Shown piece by piece: positions 1 through 9,590 of a stretch of 27,044 nt of DNA; the stretch's first letter is position 1; each line of letters begins with the position of its first letter. Source of the stretch: Oculatellaceae cyanobacterium bins.114 (GTDB lineage Bacteria > Cyanobacteriota > Cyanobacteriia > Elainellales > Elainellaceae); NCBI GenBank assembly GCA_033764315.1, contig JANRJA010000184.1, positions 1 through 27,044 of the forward strand, given 5' to 3'. A program made the translations under genes and the position numbers. The notes beneath the pieces are model-generated. The model was not told the origin of the DNA. It did not search any database and saw only the letters and a program-made list of their open reading frames with translations.

Positions 1-206
1 ATGCTCCTACCCTCGACCAACTCAAACAAACCCTCTCACAGCATCTCAACAATATCTCTGCTGAAACACTTGCATCCCTCACCTCCTATGACTTCATCCT
101 AGAAGCTCTTTTTGGCGCAGCTTCATAAAATATTGGTATAAATTAGGAACCCGATCGCTGAAAGATTTGATAGGGTCTGATGGCGTGGGGTTGAATGCCA
201 GGTTTG

Positions 207-231
207 GGGCAGTTGGGTGTGCCAACTGCCC
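207..231. terminator. Perfect 10-bp GC-rich hairpin downstream of the crystallin-CAP gene (possible 3' end structure)
   Basis: GGGCAGTTGG-gtgtg-CCAACTGCCC about 100 bp past the stop of the minus-strand gene. There is no clear U-tract, so a terminator role is uncertain. Confidence 0.4.
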
Positions 232-331
232 GTTAAACTTAGTGATTCTTGATAGCAGTCACAAGGGGACGTATTGCCCAATCACGTTGCCTTGAGGACT
301 GTAGCGACAGACTAGGAATCGTTTCCGCTTA

Positions 332-1024
332 CTAGAAAACGGCTTGACCTTCCACATTTCCTGCCGGATTGTAGTGACAAACCAAAACATCGTTGCCATT
401 GCCACTTGCTAAACCACACCCAACTTCTGTAGTATTTCTCCAAATCAGTTGAGTGTAATGACCCACATCACTCCAATTCCCGCTACTAGAGATATTGGGG
501 AAAGTGCCGTAGACGAAATACTGCTTTTCGCTACCCCACATATCGACGAGCTGAGTGACAGAAAAACCGCCAGCACTGCCTTGTGCCAGGTTTTCTCCAG
601 CACCACTATGTTCAAATGTTCCTGTTGCAGCTAATTGATTTGCCCACTGTTGAGCACTCGCAGCCAAACTGTCTGACCATTGCAGCGGTGGAACACCGAC
701 TTGCGATCGGTATGCGTTATGAGCATTTAGGATCTCTTGTGCCATACCACCAATCGATAGTTCAGATGGAGTACCTTGTTCGACTGGTTTAAAGGATGAG
801 ATCAAATCATTCCATACTTCAGTAACCCAGGGATATTCGCCGGGTGTAAGCTGAAAACTTCTCCCCTCAAAATTCGCGTGTTCAAAAAATTCCCAGGTGC
901 CAGAGTAAACCTTAATCGAGGAAATTTGGTCGTTCCAAAAGTCTCCGATATAAGAATAGCCCTGCTCTAGAACTCCTGATGTGGCTCCAGAGAAATTGGA
1001 ATCTACAAAGATTTCGACTGACAT
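332..1024 (-). CDS. Beta/gamma-crystallin domain + CAP (SCP/PR-1) domain protein
   Basis: N-terminal crystallin motifs (FVDSNFSG, NDQISSIKV, FEHANFEG, NDLISSFK). C-terminal CAP motifs (AHNAYR, GENLA, GHYTQLIW, VGCG, VCHYNPAGN). ATG at 1024 has GGAG upstream and is preferred to the ORF-track start at 1033. Confidence 0.9.
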   Translation of the reverse strand: MSVEIFVDSNFSGATSGVLEQGYSYIGDFWNDQISSIKVYSGTWEFFEHANFEGRSFQLTPGEYPWVTEVWNDLISSFKPVEQGTPSELSIGGMAQEILNAHNAYRSQVGVPPLQWSDSLAASAQQWANQLAATGTFEHSGAGENLAQGSAGGFSVTQLVDMWGSEKQYFVYGTFPNISSSGNWSDVGHYTQLIWRNTTEVGCGLASGNGNDVLVCHYNPAGNVEGQAVF

Positions 1025-1122
1025 AATTAACACTCCAAAATTTGAAAAATAGTGAGTTGTAGTTCAGGTTTAGCTTGTTTGAGGTTGATCTATTCTTAGA
1101 ACTCACTCAAAGACCTTGCTGC

Positions 1123-1165
1123 GTTACATCAAGTAGATAGATGTCCGTGGTTTTAACTAATGCAG
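1123..1165 (-). promoter_or_regulatory. 43-bp conserved promoter-like motif, copy A (upstream of crystallin-CAP gene)
   Basis: + strand gttacatc aagtagatag atgtccgtgg ttttaactaa tgcag; aligns without gaps to copies at 2272, 11936 and 14925. Confidence 0.65.
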
Positions 1166-1217
1166 TTAGTGAGGTTGTAGCTAAAGATAGTCAATAAAAT
1201 TCTTGAATTAGATCACT

Positions 1218-1541
1218 CTATCCGCCTTCAGCTTGCAGAAAAATAGCACCTATTATAACTAAAGCAATGCCAGCCATTTTTATGCTGGTATAGGCTTCCT
1301 TAAACAGAAAGACTCCCAATAGCACGGTGCAGAGTGCGTCAAGCCCTAGAACTAGAATTCCAGTCATTCCCAAACTTGAATTGCGCGTTAATAGGTAAAT
1401 CTGTAGATGAACGCCAAGAGCAAACAGAGCGTAAGAAAGAATGCTAGGTAGTGGGCTGATATAACCGTTCGATAACTTCATAAACATGCCGCCAACGGCA
1501 TATAAAAGTGCAGTGGCGATCGCAATCAGGAAGAAAACCAT
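1218..1541 (-). CDS. SMR/DMT-family small multidrug-type membrane transporter
   Basis: 107 aa with four hydrophobic helices, MKLSNG and GVFLFKE...K.AGIALVIIG patterns; AGGAG RBS. Lacks the canonical EmrE Glu14. Confidence 0.8.
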   Translation of the reverse strand: MVFFLIAIATALLYAVGGMFMKLSNGYISPLPSILSYALFALGVHLQIYLLTRNSSLGMTGILVLGLDALCTVLLGVFLFKEAYTSIKMAGIALVIIGAIFLQAEGG

Positions 1542-1644
1542 AACAAACTCCTAATGTGCTTCGATGTAGTCTTTGTAGATTTGAGTGAGATTTCCAACTT
1601 CTTGAAGAAGTCGGAAATCTGACTAGCAGATCGCGATTGCCCAC

Positions 1645-1878
1645 TCAAATCAGCTTCTCACTGGAGTCTAGCTGCCATAATCGGTTCAGTAATTTAATTC
1701 GTCGTTGTACGACCATCGCTCGGTATTTTCGATAACTCATAATCGTGCAAATAATGACAACCGGAAAGAGGAGCACAAGTACTGCACTAATAGTATTTGC
1801 TTGCGTAGTATCAGCATTCTGGGTTAGGTTGTGCTGTGTTGAAGTAATTGTTCTATAACTGGATGAATTACCTGGCAT
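1645..1878 (-). CDS. Small single-TM hypothetical protein
   Basis: 77 aa, GGAGG RBS, hydrophobic stretch (ISAVLVLLFPVVIICTIM) followed by a basic tail ending LNRLWQLDS. Confidence 0.65.
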   Translation of the reverse strand: MPGNSSSYRTITSTQHNLTQNADTTQANTISAVLVLLFPVVIICTIMSYRKYRAMVVQRRIKLLNRLWQLDSSEKLI

Positions 1879-1934
1879 TTATGCCTCCGTCAGAACTTGA
1901 TAGTATTTGAACTGATATAGTGGTGTGCGGCTAT

Positions 1935-2093
1935 TTACTGCCAATACGATGAAGCAAACAGATCTGAGCTTACATCCACTAGAATCACAACACCAAGAAT
2001 GAAAACGCTGCCAAAAATAAATACACTGAGCGATAGCAAAACCATCTCTTTAATGGCTTTTTTAGAACGAGTAAATATGATGTTTCGTTCCAT
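1935..2093 (-). CDS. 52-aa small membrane protein (below ORF-track cutoff)
   Basis: MERNIIFTRSKKAIKEMVLLSLSVFIFGSVFILGVVILVDVSSDLFASSYWQ; AGGAG RBS; one TM; first ORF downstream of motif copy B. Confidence 0.6.
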   Translation of the reverse strand: MERNIIFTRSKKAIKEMVLLSLSVFIFGSVFILGVVILVDVSSDLFASSYWQ

Positions 2094-2216
2094 GATGATT
2101 TCTCCTAATTGAATGGGTGTGCTCGATACTTGGGACGTGAATCAACAAGTGATGCCGATTTGAATGGCGATCGCAACAAATCAATGATTGAGATATGTAG
2201 TCAGCAGTGCTTTCAC

Positions 2217-2246
2217 AATCCAAAATCAAAATCTAAAATCCCAAAT
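2217..2246. repeat. Short tandem heptamer (STRR-like) repeat
   Basis: aatccaa aatcaaa atctaaa atcccaa at; the duplicate near 11887-11910 has one unit fewer. Confidence 0.55.
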
Positions 2247-2271
2247 GGGATGTCTCAATCAAGCTTTCCCT

Positions 2272-2314
2272 GTTACATCCAGTGAATAGGTGTCGGAATT
2301 TTCAACTGATGCAG
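2272..2314 (-). promoter_or_regulatory. 43-bp motif, copy B (upstream of 52-aa / 77-aa / SMR unit)
   Basis: + strand gttacatc cagtgaatag gtgtcggaat tttcaactga tgcag. Confidence 0.65.
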
Positions 2315-2770
2315 CCGAGAAAAAACACTTGAAAGGTAAAAAACAATACAAGTAGTGTTTTGCCTACTAAAAGCTGACTTTTATTTCATCCATAACTCTG
2401 AGACATAACTATGACTGCAATGAGTGTGTCTACTTCAAGGATTTATAACATTGCTAGCATTTTTCTATGAGCATAATTATTGTTTAAGCAACGTCTTGCT
2501 TTTGAGGAGGTTAATTTTGAGATGCTTCAAAAACAGGCACATGGGCACCCGTTGTTCACTGTCTGCTGATCAGTGGAGCAATCGCTGTTTCACCTGTTCT
2601 TGCAAGTGCACAGCGCATTCCGTCGCCGATAACAAACACTTTGGGCAATGAGCGATTATCTCTTATTGTCGATTCTTGGAACTTGTAGACTCTAAAACAG
2701 TAAAAGGATCTGACAGGCTATAACCTTAGAGGTCAAGGCATGATTACAAAAGGTTGAGGGAACTCTCGCA

Positions 2771-5700
2771 ATGAGCAAGTCAGTAATTATTAAGCTTGGC
2801 AGTGGTGACTTGTATCAGGGATTTCCGAGAGTTACTGTGCAGTTATGGGCAGTGGGCAACCCACTCCCTGAGCAATTTATTGGCACGCTGCCTGCTGCGC
2901 CCACTTTAGTAGACCTGCATCGAAGTTGGCAGCTTGTTTATCGGGGGTTATGCGATCGCATCGCAGTCAAGCGATTTGAGAGTCCTAGATCTCAATCAGA
3001 ATATCCATTTTCAGATTCTTTCGTAGAAGCCGATCAATTAGAAATCAGTGAAGCAGGGATTACTAATATTTCTCAGGTCAGTTTTGATGAGCTGTGCCAA
3101 CAGCTTCAGGTAGCCATCAACTCCTGGCTGAAATCGGAAGGGTTCCTCCCCATTGAATATCAACTGCGATCGCGACTCGACCCATCGGAGCCGAGCCGAG
3201 TCATTATTGAAACCAACGATCTGGAATTACAACATCTGCCCTGGCATCGCTGGACCTTCTTTGAAGATTATCCCAAGGCCGAAATGGCTCTGAGTCAACC
3301 CGAGTATCGGTATTGCAATACCCTAAAGCCCGCAAAAACCAGCCAGAAAGTCAGGATTTTGGCAGTCTTAGGCAATAGTTCCGGCATTGATTTAGCAGCA
3401 GAAGCCCGTCTACTTCAGCGGTTGGAGGATGCAGAAGTCAAATTCCTGGTCAATCCCTCACGCCAAGAGTTCAATACTCAATTGTGGGACGCTGAAGGGT
3501 GGGATATCTTGTTTTTTGCGGGTCATAGTCAAACCCAGGGACAAACAGGTCGAATTTATATTAATGAGAATTCAACCCACAACAGTTTGACGATTCCACA
3601 GTTAGAAGAGGCGTTGAAAACCGCGATCGAGAATGGTTTAAAGCTGGCTATTTTTAATTCTTGTGATGGATTAGGTTTAGCACAAGCACTGGGGAAACTA
3701 CACATCCCCACAGTGATTGTCATGCGAGAAGCGATTCCCAATCGAGTCGCACAAGAGTTCTTTCAGCAGTTTCTCTCAGGCTTCGCGATCGCTCAATTGC
3801 CGCTATATCTTGCCGTTCAGCAAGCGCGTCGAAAACTACAAGGACTAGAGGATAATTATCCAGCAGCGTCTTGGTTGCCCGTGATTTGCCAAAACCTGGC
3901 GGTTGAATCTCCCAATTGGATTCAGCTAGGAGGAATGCCACCCTGTCCTTATCGCGGTCTATTTGCCTTTCGAGAGAAAGATGCTCGGTTCTTCTTTGGA
4001 CGGGAGCAGGTAACTCAGGAACTACTAGTTGCAGTCAAGCAAAAGCCATTAGTGGCAGTGATTGGTGCGTCTGGCAGTGGCAAATCATCCTTGGTCTTTG
4101 CTGGATTAGTGCCACTGCTACGTCAGGAATTGTGTAGTAAAAGCATCAACAAACAAGGTTCTCCATCTCCACATATTGTCTCGTTTCGCCCAGGGAACAA
4201 TCCATTTGAAGCATTAGCCAGTGGGTTGATGCAGTGCTCACCGATCGCCCAATTAGTTTTGTTACACCCGTCCCAACAGGAATGTGGGGATGTTGCCCAA
4301 AATGGTCAAATCGACCGATCGGTTGCAGTCGAACTAGAGTGGCGGTTGCGGCAAGACAACCAAGGATTGGTCAACCTCATTCAGTTAGTGGGACAGCAGA
4401 GTTTAGGAATGCGCTTGATTCTGATCATCGATCAATTTGAAGAGCTTTATACCCTTTGTCCAGAGGCAGATCGACAGGCTTTTTTGGACACCGTACTAAA
4501 TGCCGTGAGATTTGCTCCGACGTTTACTCTGATTCTGACCTTACGAGCAGACTTTTGTGGCTATGCTCTGGCTTACCGTCCCTTAAGTGATGCCCTGCAA
4601 GGAGCAATTCAGGTTTTAGGACCGATGAATCAGAAAGAATTGCAAGCTGCGATCGAAAAGCCCGCTGCCCAAATGCAAGTGAGATTAGAGGATGGATTAA
4701 TTCAGAAACTGATTTATGCCGTGAATGAGCAACCAGGGCGTTTGCCTTTGTTAGAATTTGCGCTCACACAATTGTGGTCAAACCAGCAAGAAGGATGGCT
4801 AACGCATCAGGGGCATGATCAGATTGGAGGTGTAGAAGAGGCATTAGCAAATCATGCTGAGCTTGTGTATGCCCAATTGAATGACGGGGATCAACAGCGA
4901 GCGCAACGGATATTTATCCAGTTAGTGCAACCTGGAACTGGAACTGATGACAGCCGACGATTAGCAACACGGGATGACGTACAGCCCCAAAACTGGGACT
5001 TAGTGACCCATCTAGCCTCCTGTCGATTAGTGGTGACTAACCGCAATGAGTCTACCGGAGAAGAAACCGTAGAAATTGTTCATGAGGCGTTGATTAGAAG
5101 CTGGAAACGGCTCAGGAACTGGATGCAACTGGATGGAGAGTTTCGTCTATGGCAAGAGCATCTGCGGAGAGCAAGGCGACAGTGGGAGGAAAGCGATCGC
5201 GAGGATGATGCGCTGTTGAGGGGTAGACAGTTACTGGATGCGAAGGATTGGTATGAGACTCGTCAAGATGAGTTGAGTTCTGGAGATTATACGTTTATTC
5301 GTCGCAGTTTGACGGTGCAAGAGCGAGAATTAAAACAGCGCAGACGCAGACGACAGATTGTTATTTCTAGTTTGATTGCAGGTCTGCTAGTTGCGTTGAC
5401 GTTGGCGGGCGTTGCCTGGTGGGGATGGCAAAATGCTGCCATCAACGAAGTCAAAGCACTCAGTACCTCTTCAAATGCACTTTTCGTCTCGAATAATCGG
5501 TTGGACGCGCTAATCGAAGCAATCCGAGCGCAGAAAAAATCGCAGATGATAGGCGGAGTAGACGCTGAGACTCAAACTCAGGTTGATTCCGTCTTACGGC
5601 AGGCAGTTTACGGAACGACTGAATACAACCATTTGTCATGGCATCGTGACGAGGTTAAAAGCGTCGCATTCAGCTCAGATGGTCAGACGATCGCCTCAGC

Positions 5701-7495
5701 TGGTGCCGATCAAACCATAAAGCTCTGGAAGCAAGACGGCTCTCTAATCGCCACTCTTAGTGGACACAGCGATAAAATTTGGCAAGCTGCGTTCAGCCCA
5801 GATGGTCATACAATCGCCTCAGGTGGCAAAGATAAAACCATCAAACTTTGGAGAATAGAAGCAGGTAAGACACCTGTCTTGCTAACAACTCTTGCTGGAC
5901 ATCGCGATGGTGTGAGAGGAGTGTCCTTTAGCCCCGATAGTCAAACACTGGCTTCAGTCAGTGACGATAAGACTGTAAAACTCTGGAAGCAGGATGGCAC
6001 ATTAATTATGACTCTCACAGGTCACACTGCTGTCGTGAACGGAGTAGCATTCAGCCCTGACGGTCAAATGCTAGCGTCAGCTAGTGATGACAAGACGGTT
6101 AAGATCTGGGCACTAGATGGCACATTAATTACGACGCTCACAGGTCACACTGATATTGTAAACGGGGTGGCATTTAGCCCTGATAGTCAAATGCTAGCTT
6201 CGTCTAGTTGGGACAAAACTATAAAACTCTGGAAATTAGAAGTTGGGAAAATGCCGACTCTACAGGCAACCCTTGTAGGACATAGTGAAGTGGTTTTTGG
6301 AGTGGCATTCAGCCCTGACAGTCAGACTCTCGTCTCAGGTAGTTGGGACAAGACGGTTAAGCTCTGGAAGCGGGATGGCATGTTAGTTACGACTTTTAAC
6401 GGACATAGCGATCGCGTTTGGGGAGTAGCATTTAGCCCCGATGGTGAAACCCTTGCCTCAGCCAGCGGTGACAAAACAGTTAAGCTTTGGAAGCTGAAAA
6501 ACCCTTTATTAACAAAGCTAACAGGACATGCTGCTGTAGTGATCGGAGTGGCATTCAGTCCTGATGGTCAGACCATTGCTTCGGCAAGTGATGATAAAAC
6601 GGTCAAGCTTTGGAAGCGCGATGGTACTCCGATCGCCACTCTCAGCGGACATGCCGCTCAAGCTTATGAAGTCGCCTTCAGTCCCACTGGCAAACTGGTT
6701 GCCTCCGCAAGTGCAGATAATACCGTGAAGCTCTGGAATGTAGAGAGGGAGAAATCTCAATTGTTCGCAACTTTGAGAGGACATGAAGCAGTAATTTGGG
6801 GAGTTGGCTTTAGTCCTGATGGTCAAATGGTTGCCTCCGCAAGCTGGGACAATACCGTCAGAACTTGGAAGTTAGGGCAAGGAGCACCTCAACCCTTCGC
6901 CACATTAAGAGGACACACTGCTGAGGTTTATTCAGTAGCGTTCAGCCCTGACAGTAAAACGATCGCTTCCACAAGCGCAGATAATACCATTAAACTGTGG
7001 AGAATAAAGCCAGGACAACTGCCTGTTCTCCTAACGACCCTTACAGGACACACCGCTCCAGTTTATGGAGTGGCGTTCAGCCCCGATGGTCAGACGATCG
7101 CTTCCGCCAGCGCAGATAATACAGTCAAGCTTTGGAAACCAGATGGCACATTGTTGACGACTCTTAAAGGTCATAGTGCTGTCGTTTACTCAGTCGCCTT
7201 CAGTCCCGATGGACAAACCATTGTCTCCTCCAGTTGGGATAAGACGGTTAAGCTTTGGAAATCGAATGGTATATTATTGACAACTCTAAATGGCTATAGT
7301 GATCGCTTTTGGGGCATCACCTTCAGTCCTGATGGTCAAATCATTGCTGCGGCCAATGAAGACAAAACGATCATTTTGTGGAATAAGGAGCAAGTTCTTA
7401 CCCTTAATCCATTGGAATACGGTTGCAGTTGGGTGCGTGATTATTTGAAAACAAATCCTAATGTGAGCGAGAGCGATCGTCATCTTTGTGATTGA
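2771..7495 (+). CDS. CHAT (caspase-like) protease + STAND/nSTAND1-type NTPase + TM helix + 14 WD40 repeats
   Basis: CHAT dyad motifs FFAGHS and IFNSCDG; CPYRGL..F....A..FFGRE; Walker A GASGSGKSS; Walker B LIIDQFEE; RRRRR followed by a hydrophobic helix; 14 GH...FSPDG...D.T.KLW repeats. Confidence 0.93.
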   Translation: MSKSVIIKLGSGDLYQGFPRVTVQLWAVGNPLPEQFIGTLPAAPTLVDLHRSWQLVYRGLCDRIAVKRFESPRSQSEYPFSDSFVEADQLEISEAGITNISQVSFDELCQQLQVAINSWLKSEGFLPIEYQLRSRLDPSEPSRVIIETNDLELQHLPWHRWTFFEDYPKAEMALSQPEYRYCNTLKPAKTSQKVRILAVLGNSSGIDLAAEARLLQRLEDAEVKFLVNPSRQEFNTQLWDAEGWDILFFAGHSQTQGQTGRIYINENSTHNSLTIPQLEEALKTAIENGLKLAIFNSCDGLGLAQALGKLHIPTVIVMREAIPNRVAQEFFQQFLSGFAIAQLPLYLAVQQARRKLQGLEDNYPAASWLPVICQNLAVESPNWIQLGGMPPCPYRGLFAFREKDARFFFGREQVTQELLVAVKQKPLVAVIGASGSGKSSLVFAGLVPLLRQELCSKSINKQGSPSPHIVSFRPGNNPFEALASGLMQCSPIAQLVLLHPSQQECGDVAQNGQIDRSVAVELEWRLRQDNQGLVNLIQLVGQQSLGMRLILIIDQFEELYTLCPEADRQAFLDTVLNAVRFAPTFTLILTLRADFCGYALAYRPLSDALQGAIQVLGPMNQKELQAAIEKPAAQMQVRLEDGLIQKLIYAVNEQPGRLPLLEFALTQLWSNQQEGWLTHQGHDQIGGVEEALANHAELVYAQLNDGDQQRAQRIFIQLVQPGTGTDDSRRLATRDDVQPQNWDLVTHLASCRLVVTNRNESTGEETVEIVHEALIRSWKRLRNWMQLDGEFRLWQEHLRRARRQWEESDREDDALLRGRQLLDAKDWYETRQDELSSGDYTFIRRSLTVQERELKQRRRRRQIVISSLIAGLLVALTLAGVAWWGWQNAAINEVKALSTSSNALFVSNNRLDALIEAIRAQKKSQMIGGVDAETQTQVDSVLRQAVYGTTEYNHLSWHRDEVKSVAFSSDGQTIASAGADQTIKLWKQDGSLIATLSGHSDKIWQAAFSPDGHTIASGGKDKTIKLWRIEAGKTPVLLTTLAGHRDGVRGVSFSPDSQTLASVSDDKTVKLWKQDGTLIMTLTGHTAVVNGVAFSPDGQMLASASDDKTVKIWALDGTLITTLTGHTDIVNGVAFSPDSQMLASSSWDKTIKLWKLEVGKMPTLQATLVGHSEVVFGVAFSPDSQTLVSGSWDKTVKLWKRDGMLVTTFNGHSDRVWGVAFSPDGETLASASGDKTVKLWKLKNPLLTKLTGHAAVVIGVAFSPDGQTIASASDDKTVKLWKRDGTPIATLSGHAAQAYEVAFSPTGKLVASASADNTVKLWNVEREKSQLFATLRGHEAVIWGVGFSPDGQMVASASWDNTVRTWKLGQGAPQPFATLRGHTAEVYSVAFSPDSKTIASTSADNTIKLWRIKPGQLPVLLTTLTGHTAPVYGVAFSPDGQTIASASADNTVKLWKPDGTLLTTLKGHSAVVYSVAFSPDGQTIVSSSWDKTVKLWKSNGILLTTLNGYSDRFWGITFSPDGQIIAAANEDKTIILWNKEQVLTLNPLEYGCSWVRDYLKTNPNVSESDRHLCD

Positions 7496-7503
7496 TAGCT
7501 TTG

Positions 7504-9507
7504 CTAAGTGAAATGGTAGATGCGCCCAAAGCTTGAAGGAATGCTAACTTCTAGCACATTGCTGCTAGAGAGAACATTTATAGTTGTGTGAGCATCGGTT
7601 TCCCCGTAGGCTTTCTTGAGAATATCCGTCCAGATCCCTACCTGGCCAAATGGGATGTCGATCTTTTGGTCTATTTCGGAAAAGTTGATGGCTACCAGTA
7701 CCACATCCGCTCCCTGCCAACGACGATAAACAATGATTTTACGCTGAAGATGTTCGCGCTCCAAAACACAGTGAGTGCGATCGCCCTTTAAAGCAGGTTG
7801 GGCTTTGCGAATATCCCCCAGAATTCGATAAAGCTTCGTCAAGGGCAATACCGGCTCTGCATCTGCACTACTTTGAGGCGAGTAAAAATAATCCCAATGC
7901 AGGGGGCGAGCACCTCGTACTCGTCCGTAGCCTTCATTAGGTAAGCCATAATTTTCGCCAAACTCTTGCCCCGCCCATAGCATCGGGATACCAACACTGG
8001 TCATCAACGCAATGGCATAGGGCTGTAGCTTCCACCATTTTTGGTTGTGTAGCCCATGTTGATAGTTGAAGCCTCCGGTATTGTCCCATTCTTGACCCGA
8101 CGTAATAATATACATCAAGCGGCTCTCATCATGTGATTCGAGGTATTGCACCGGTAATGCAGGAATCGTATCGCCATCAACCGTCTTTTCGCCACTATAG
8201 TTCAGGCTATCCCAGCGATCGCCGATCAGTAAAAGTTCTTTTCCGAAGTCACTACTGAAGGTGTTATCCTTTGCCATGGTCTTAGCAATATCATGGAGTC
8301 GCTTCTCCCAGCATCCATTGACAGCACTATTCGATTGAGTACCCAGTTGATAGGCACTTTCACCTAAATCCTCAGCAATCTGAATGATGCGTGAAGACCC
8401 ATCAATACTTTGGAAGCGAGTGATGCTTTTCGAGTGTTTATAGGTGTCTTTAGTCAAATTTTGTAGCGAGACAAAATTCGGTCGATTTTTAGAAGAATAC
8501 CAACTCACAGAGCCATCGGAGTTTTCTACAGGAGACTTATCGAGATAGCCGTTGACGTGGTCGTAGCGAAACCCATCAACGTGATACTCATCCAGCCAAA
8601 ACTGATTTACTGCGGCAAAAAATTCCTGGACTGATTTCATTCGGAAATCATTTTTGTGACCGAAATTGGAATAGGCATTAGACATTGGATTGGGAGATCT
8701 GCGTAGTGTGCCGCTATCTTGATATTCGTGCTGCTTCCATAGGTAAAAGAATGGATCGTAGCCTACCTGGTAAGGAAACATGAAATCGGTATGGGCATAA
8801 ACCATATCCAAAATGACAGCAATACCTTTGGCATGACAGGCTTGAATGAGCTTGCGGAATCCCTCAGGTCCACCAAAGCGTTCTTCAGGAGCAAAGTAGA
8901 AAATAGGCATATAGCCCCATTGCGAGGGCTCTGCGATGCTGTTAATCGGCATCAATTCGAGTACATTAACCCCTAAACTCTCAAGATAGGGTAAACGGTC
9001 GATGATGCCATAAAAATCATTTGCGAATTCATCCACGTTGATCTCGTAGATGACCGCATCCTTTAATTCTGGGACTTGGTAAGTCGCGGGATCGTTCATG
9101 GGTGGGGGTGCATCTTGAACTCGCACTACCGAAAATATCCCATTGGCTGTTTCCCGTGCGTAAGGGTCGCCAAAAAACAGCGAGCGAACCTTATTACCAG
9201 CATTTTCTTTGGAAGAACCCACGATTTCGTAGCGATAGATATAAGTTTCATTCCGTTCGAGATCCACGCTTACCTTCCAGAGATCTTTTGGCACATCGCC
9301 CCATCGATCATTTCCGGGGGGTGTTGCAGGTAGTGCAGTTATTGCTAAGGAAAATTTTTGGGCTGGAACTGTTCTTTCAAACTGTTGCGATCGCTTGATG
9401 ATATATACATTCACCTCAAAATCAGTTGGATTGACACTGGGCAGAAACAGCCGAAATTCAACCTGATTTCCTGTGACTAATGGCCCTACTTCGGAAATAT
9501 TAAACAT
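7504..9507 (-). CDS. GH13 alpha-amylase family glycoside hydrolase
   Basis: IYEINV, LESLGVNVLELMP, WGY, GIAVILDMVYAH, DGFRYD (nucleophile), IAED (acid/base), ESHDE, GIPMLWAGQEFG. Confidence 0.9.
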   Translation of the reverse strand: MFNISEVGPLVTGNQVEFRLFLPSVNPTDFEVNVYIIKRSQQFERTVPAQKFSLAITALPATPPGNDRWGDVPKDLWKVSVDLERNETYIYRYEIVGSSKENAGNKVRSLFFGDPYARETANGIFSVVRVQDAPPPMNDPATYQVPELKDAVIYEINVDEFANDFYGIIDRLPYLESLGVNVLELMPINSIAEPSQWGYMPIFYFAPEERFGGPEGFRKLIQACHAKGIAVILDMVYAHTDFMFPYQVGYDPFFYLWKQHEYQDSGTLRRSPNPMSNAYSNFGHKNDFRMKSVQEFFAAVNQFWLDEYHVDGFRYDHVNGYLDKSPVENSDGSVSWYSSKNRPNFVSLQNLTKDTYKHSKSITRFQSIDGSSRIIQIAEDLGESAYQLGTQSNSAVNGCWEKRLHDIAKTMAKDNTFSSDFGKELLLIGDRWDSLNYSGEKTVDGDTIPALPVQYLESHDESRLMYIITSGQEWDNTGGFNYQHGLHNQKWWKLQPYAIALMTSVGIPMLWAGQEFGENYGLPNEGYGRVRGARPLHWDYFYSPQSSADAEPVLPLTKLYRILGDIRKAQPALKGDRTHCVLEREHLQRKIIVYRRWQGADVVLVAINFSEIDQKIDIPFGQVGIWTDILKKAYGETDAHTTINVLSSSNVLEVSIPSSFGRIYHFT

Positions 9508-9590
9508 GACCTATCGCCTCTTCATAAATTTTGAAAGTCGCCGAACACAAACCTTGTCGTTTCGGCGTTGCTGAATAGTTGTAAGCCAAG

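Larger units (their letters stand above)
2026..2314. repeat. ~285-bp diverged direct duplication, copy 1 (promoter, 5' UTR and start of 52-aa ORF)
   Basis: Aligns to 11698-11978; for example 2061-2119 vs 11733-11791 match at 56/59 positions. Confidence 0.9.

Noticed and set aside
2424..2651. 75-aa ORF or possible transposase relic between divergent genes
   Set aside because: No RBS or recognisable motif in the frames I examined.
9539..9576. CGCCGAA/TTCGGCG hairpin and GGCGTTGCTGAAT, resembling a cyanobacterial repeat end
   Set aside because: Single short copy with no partner inverted repeat; cannot support a mobile element call.
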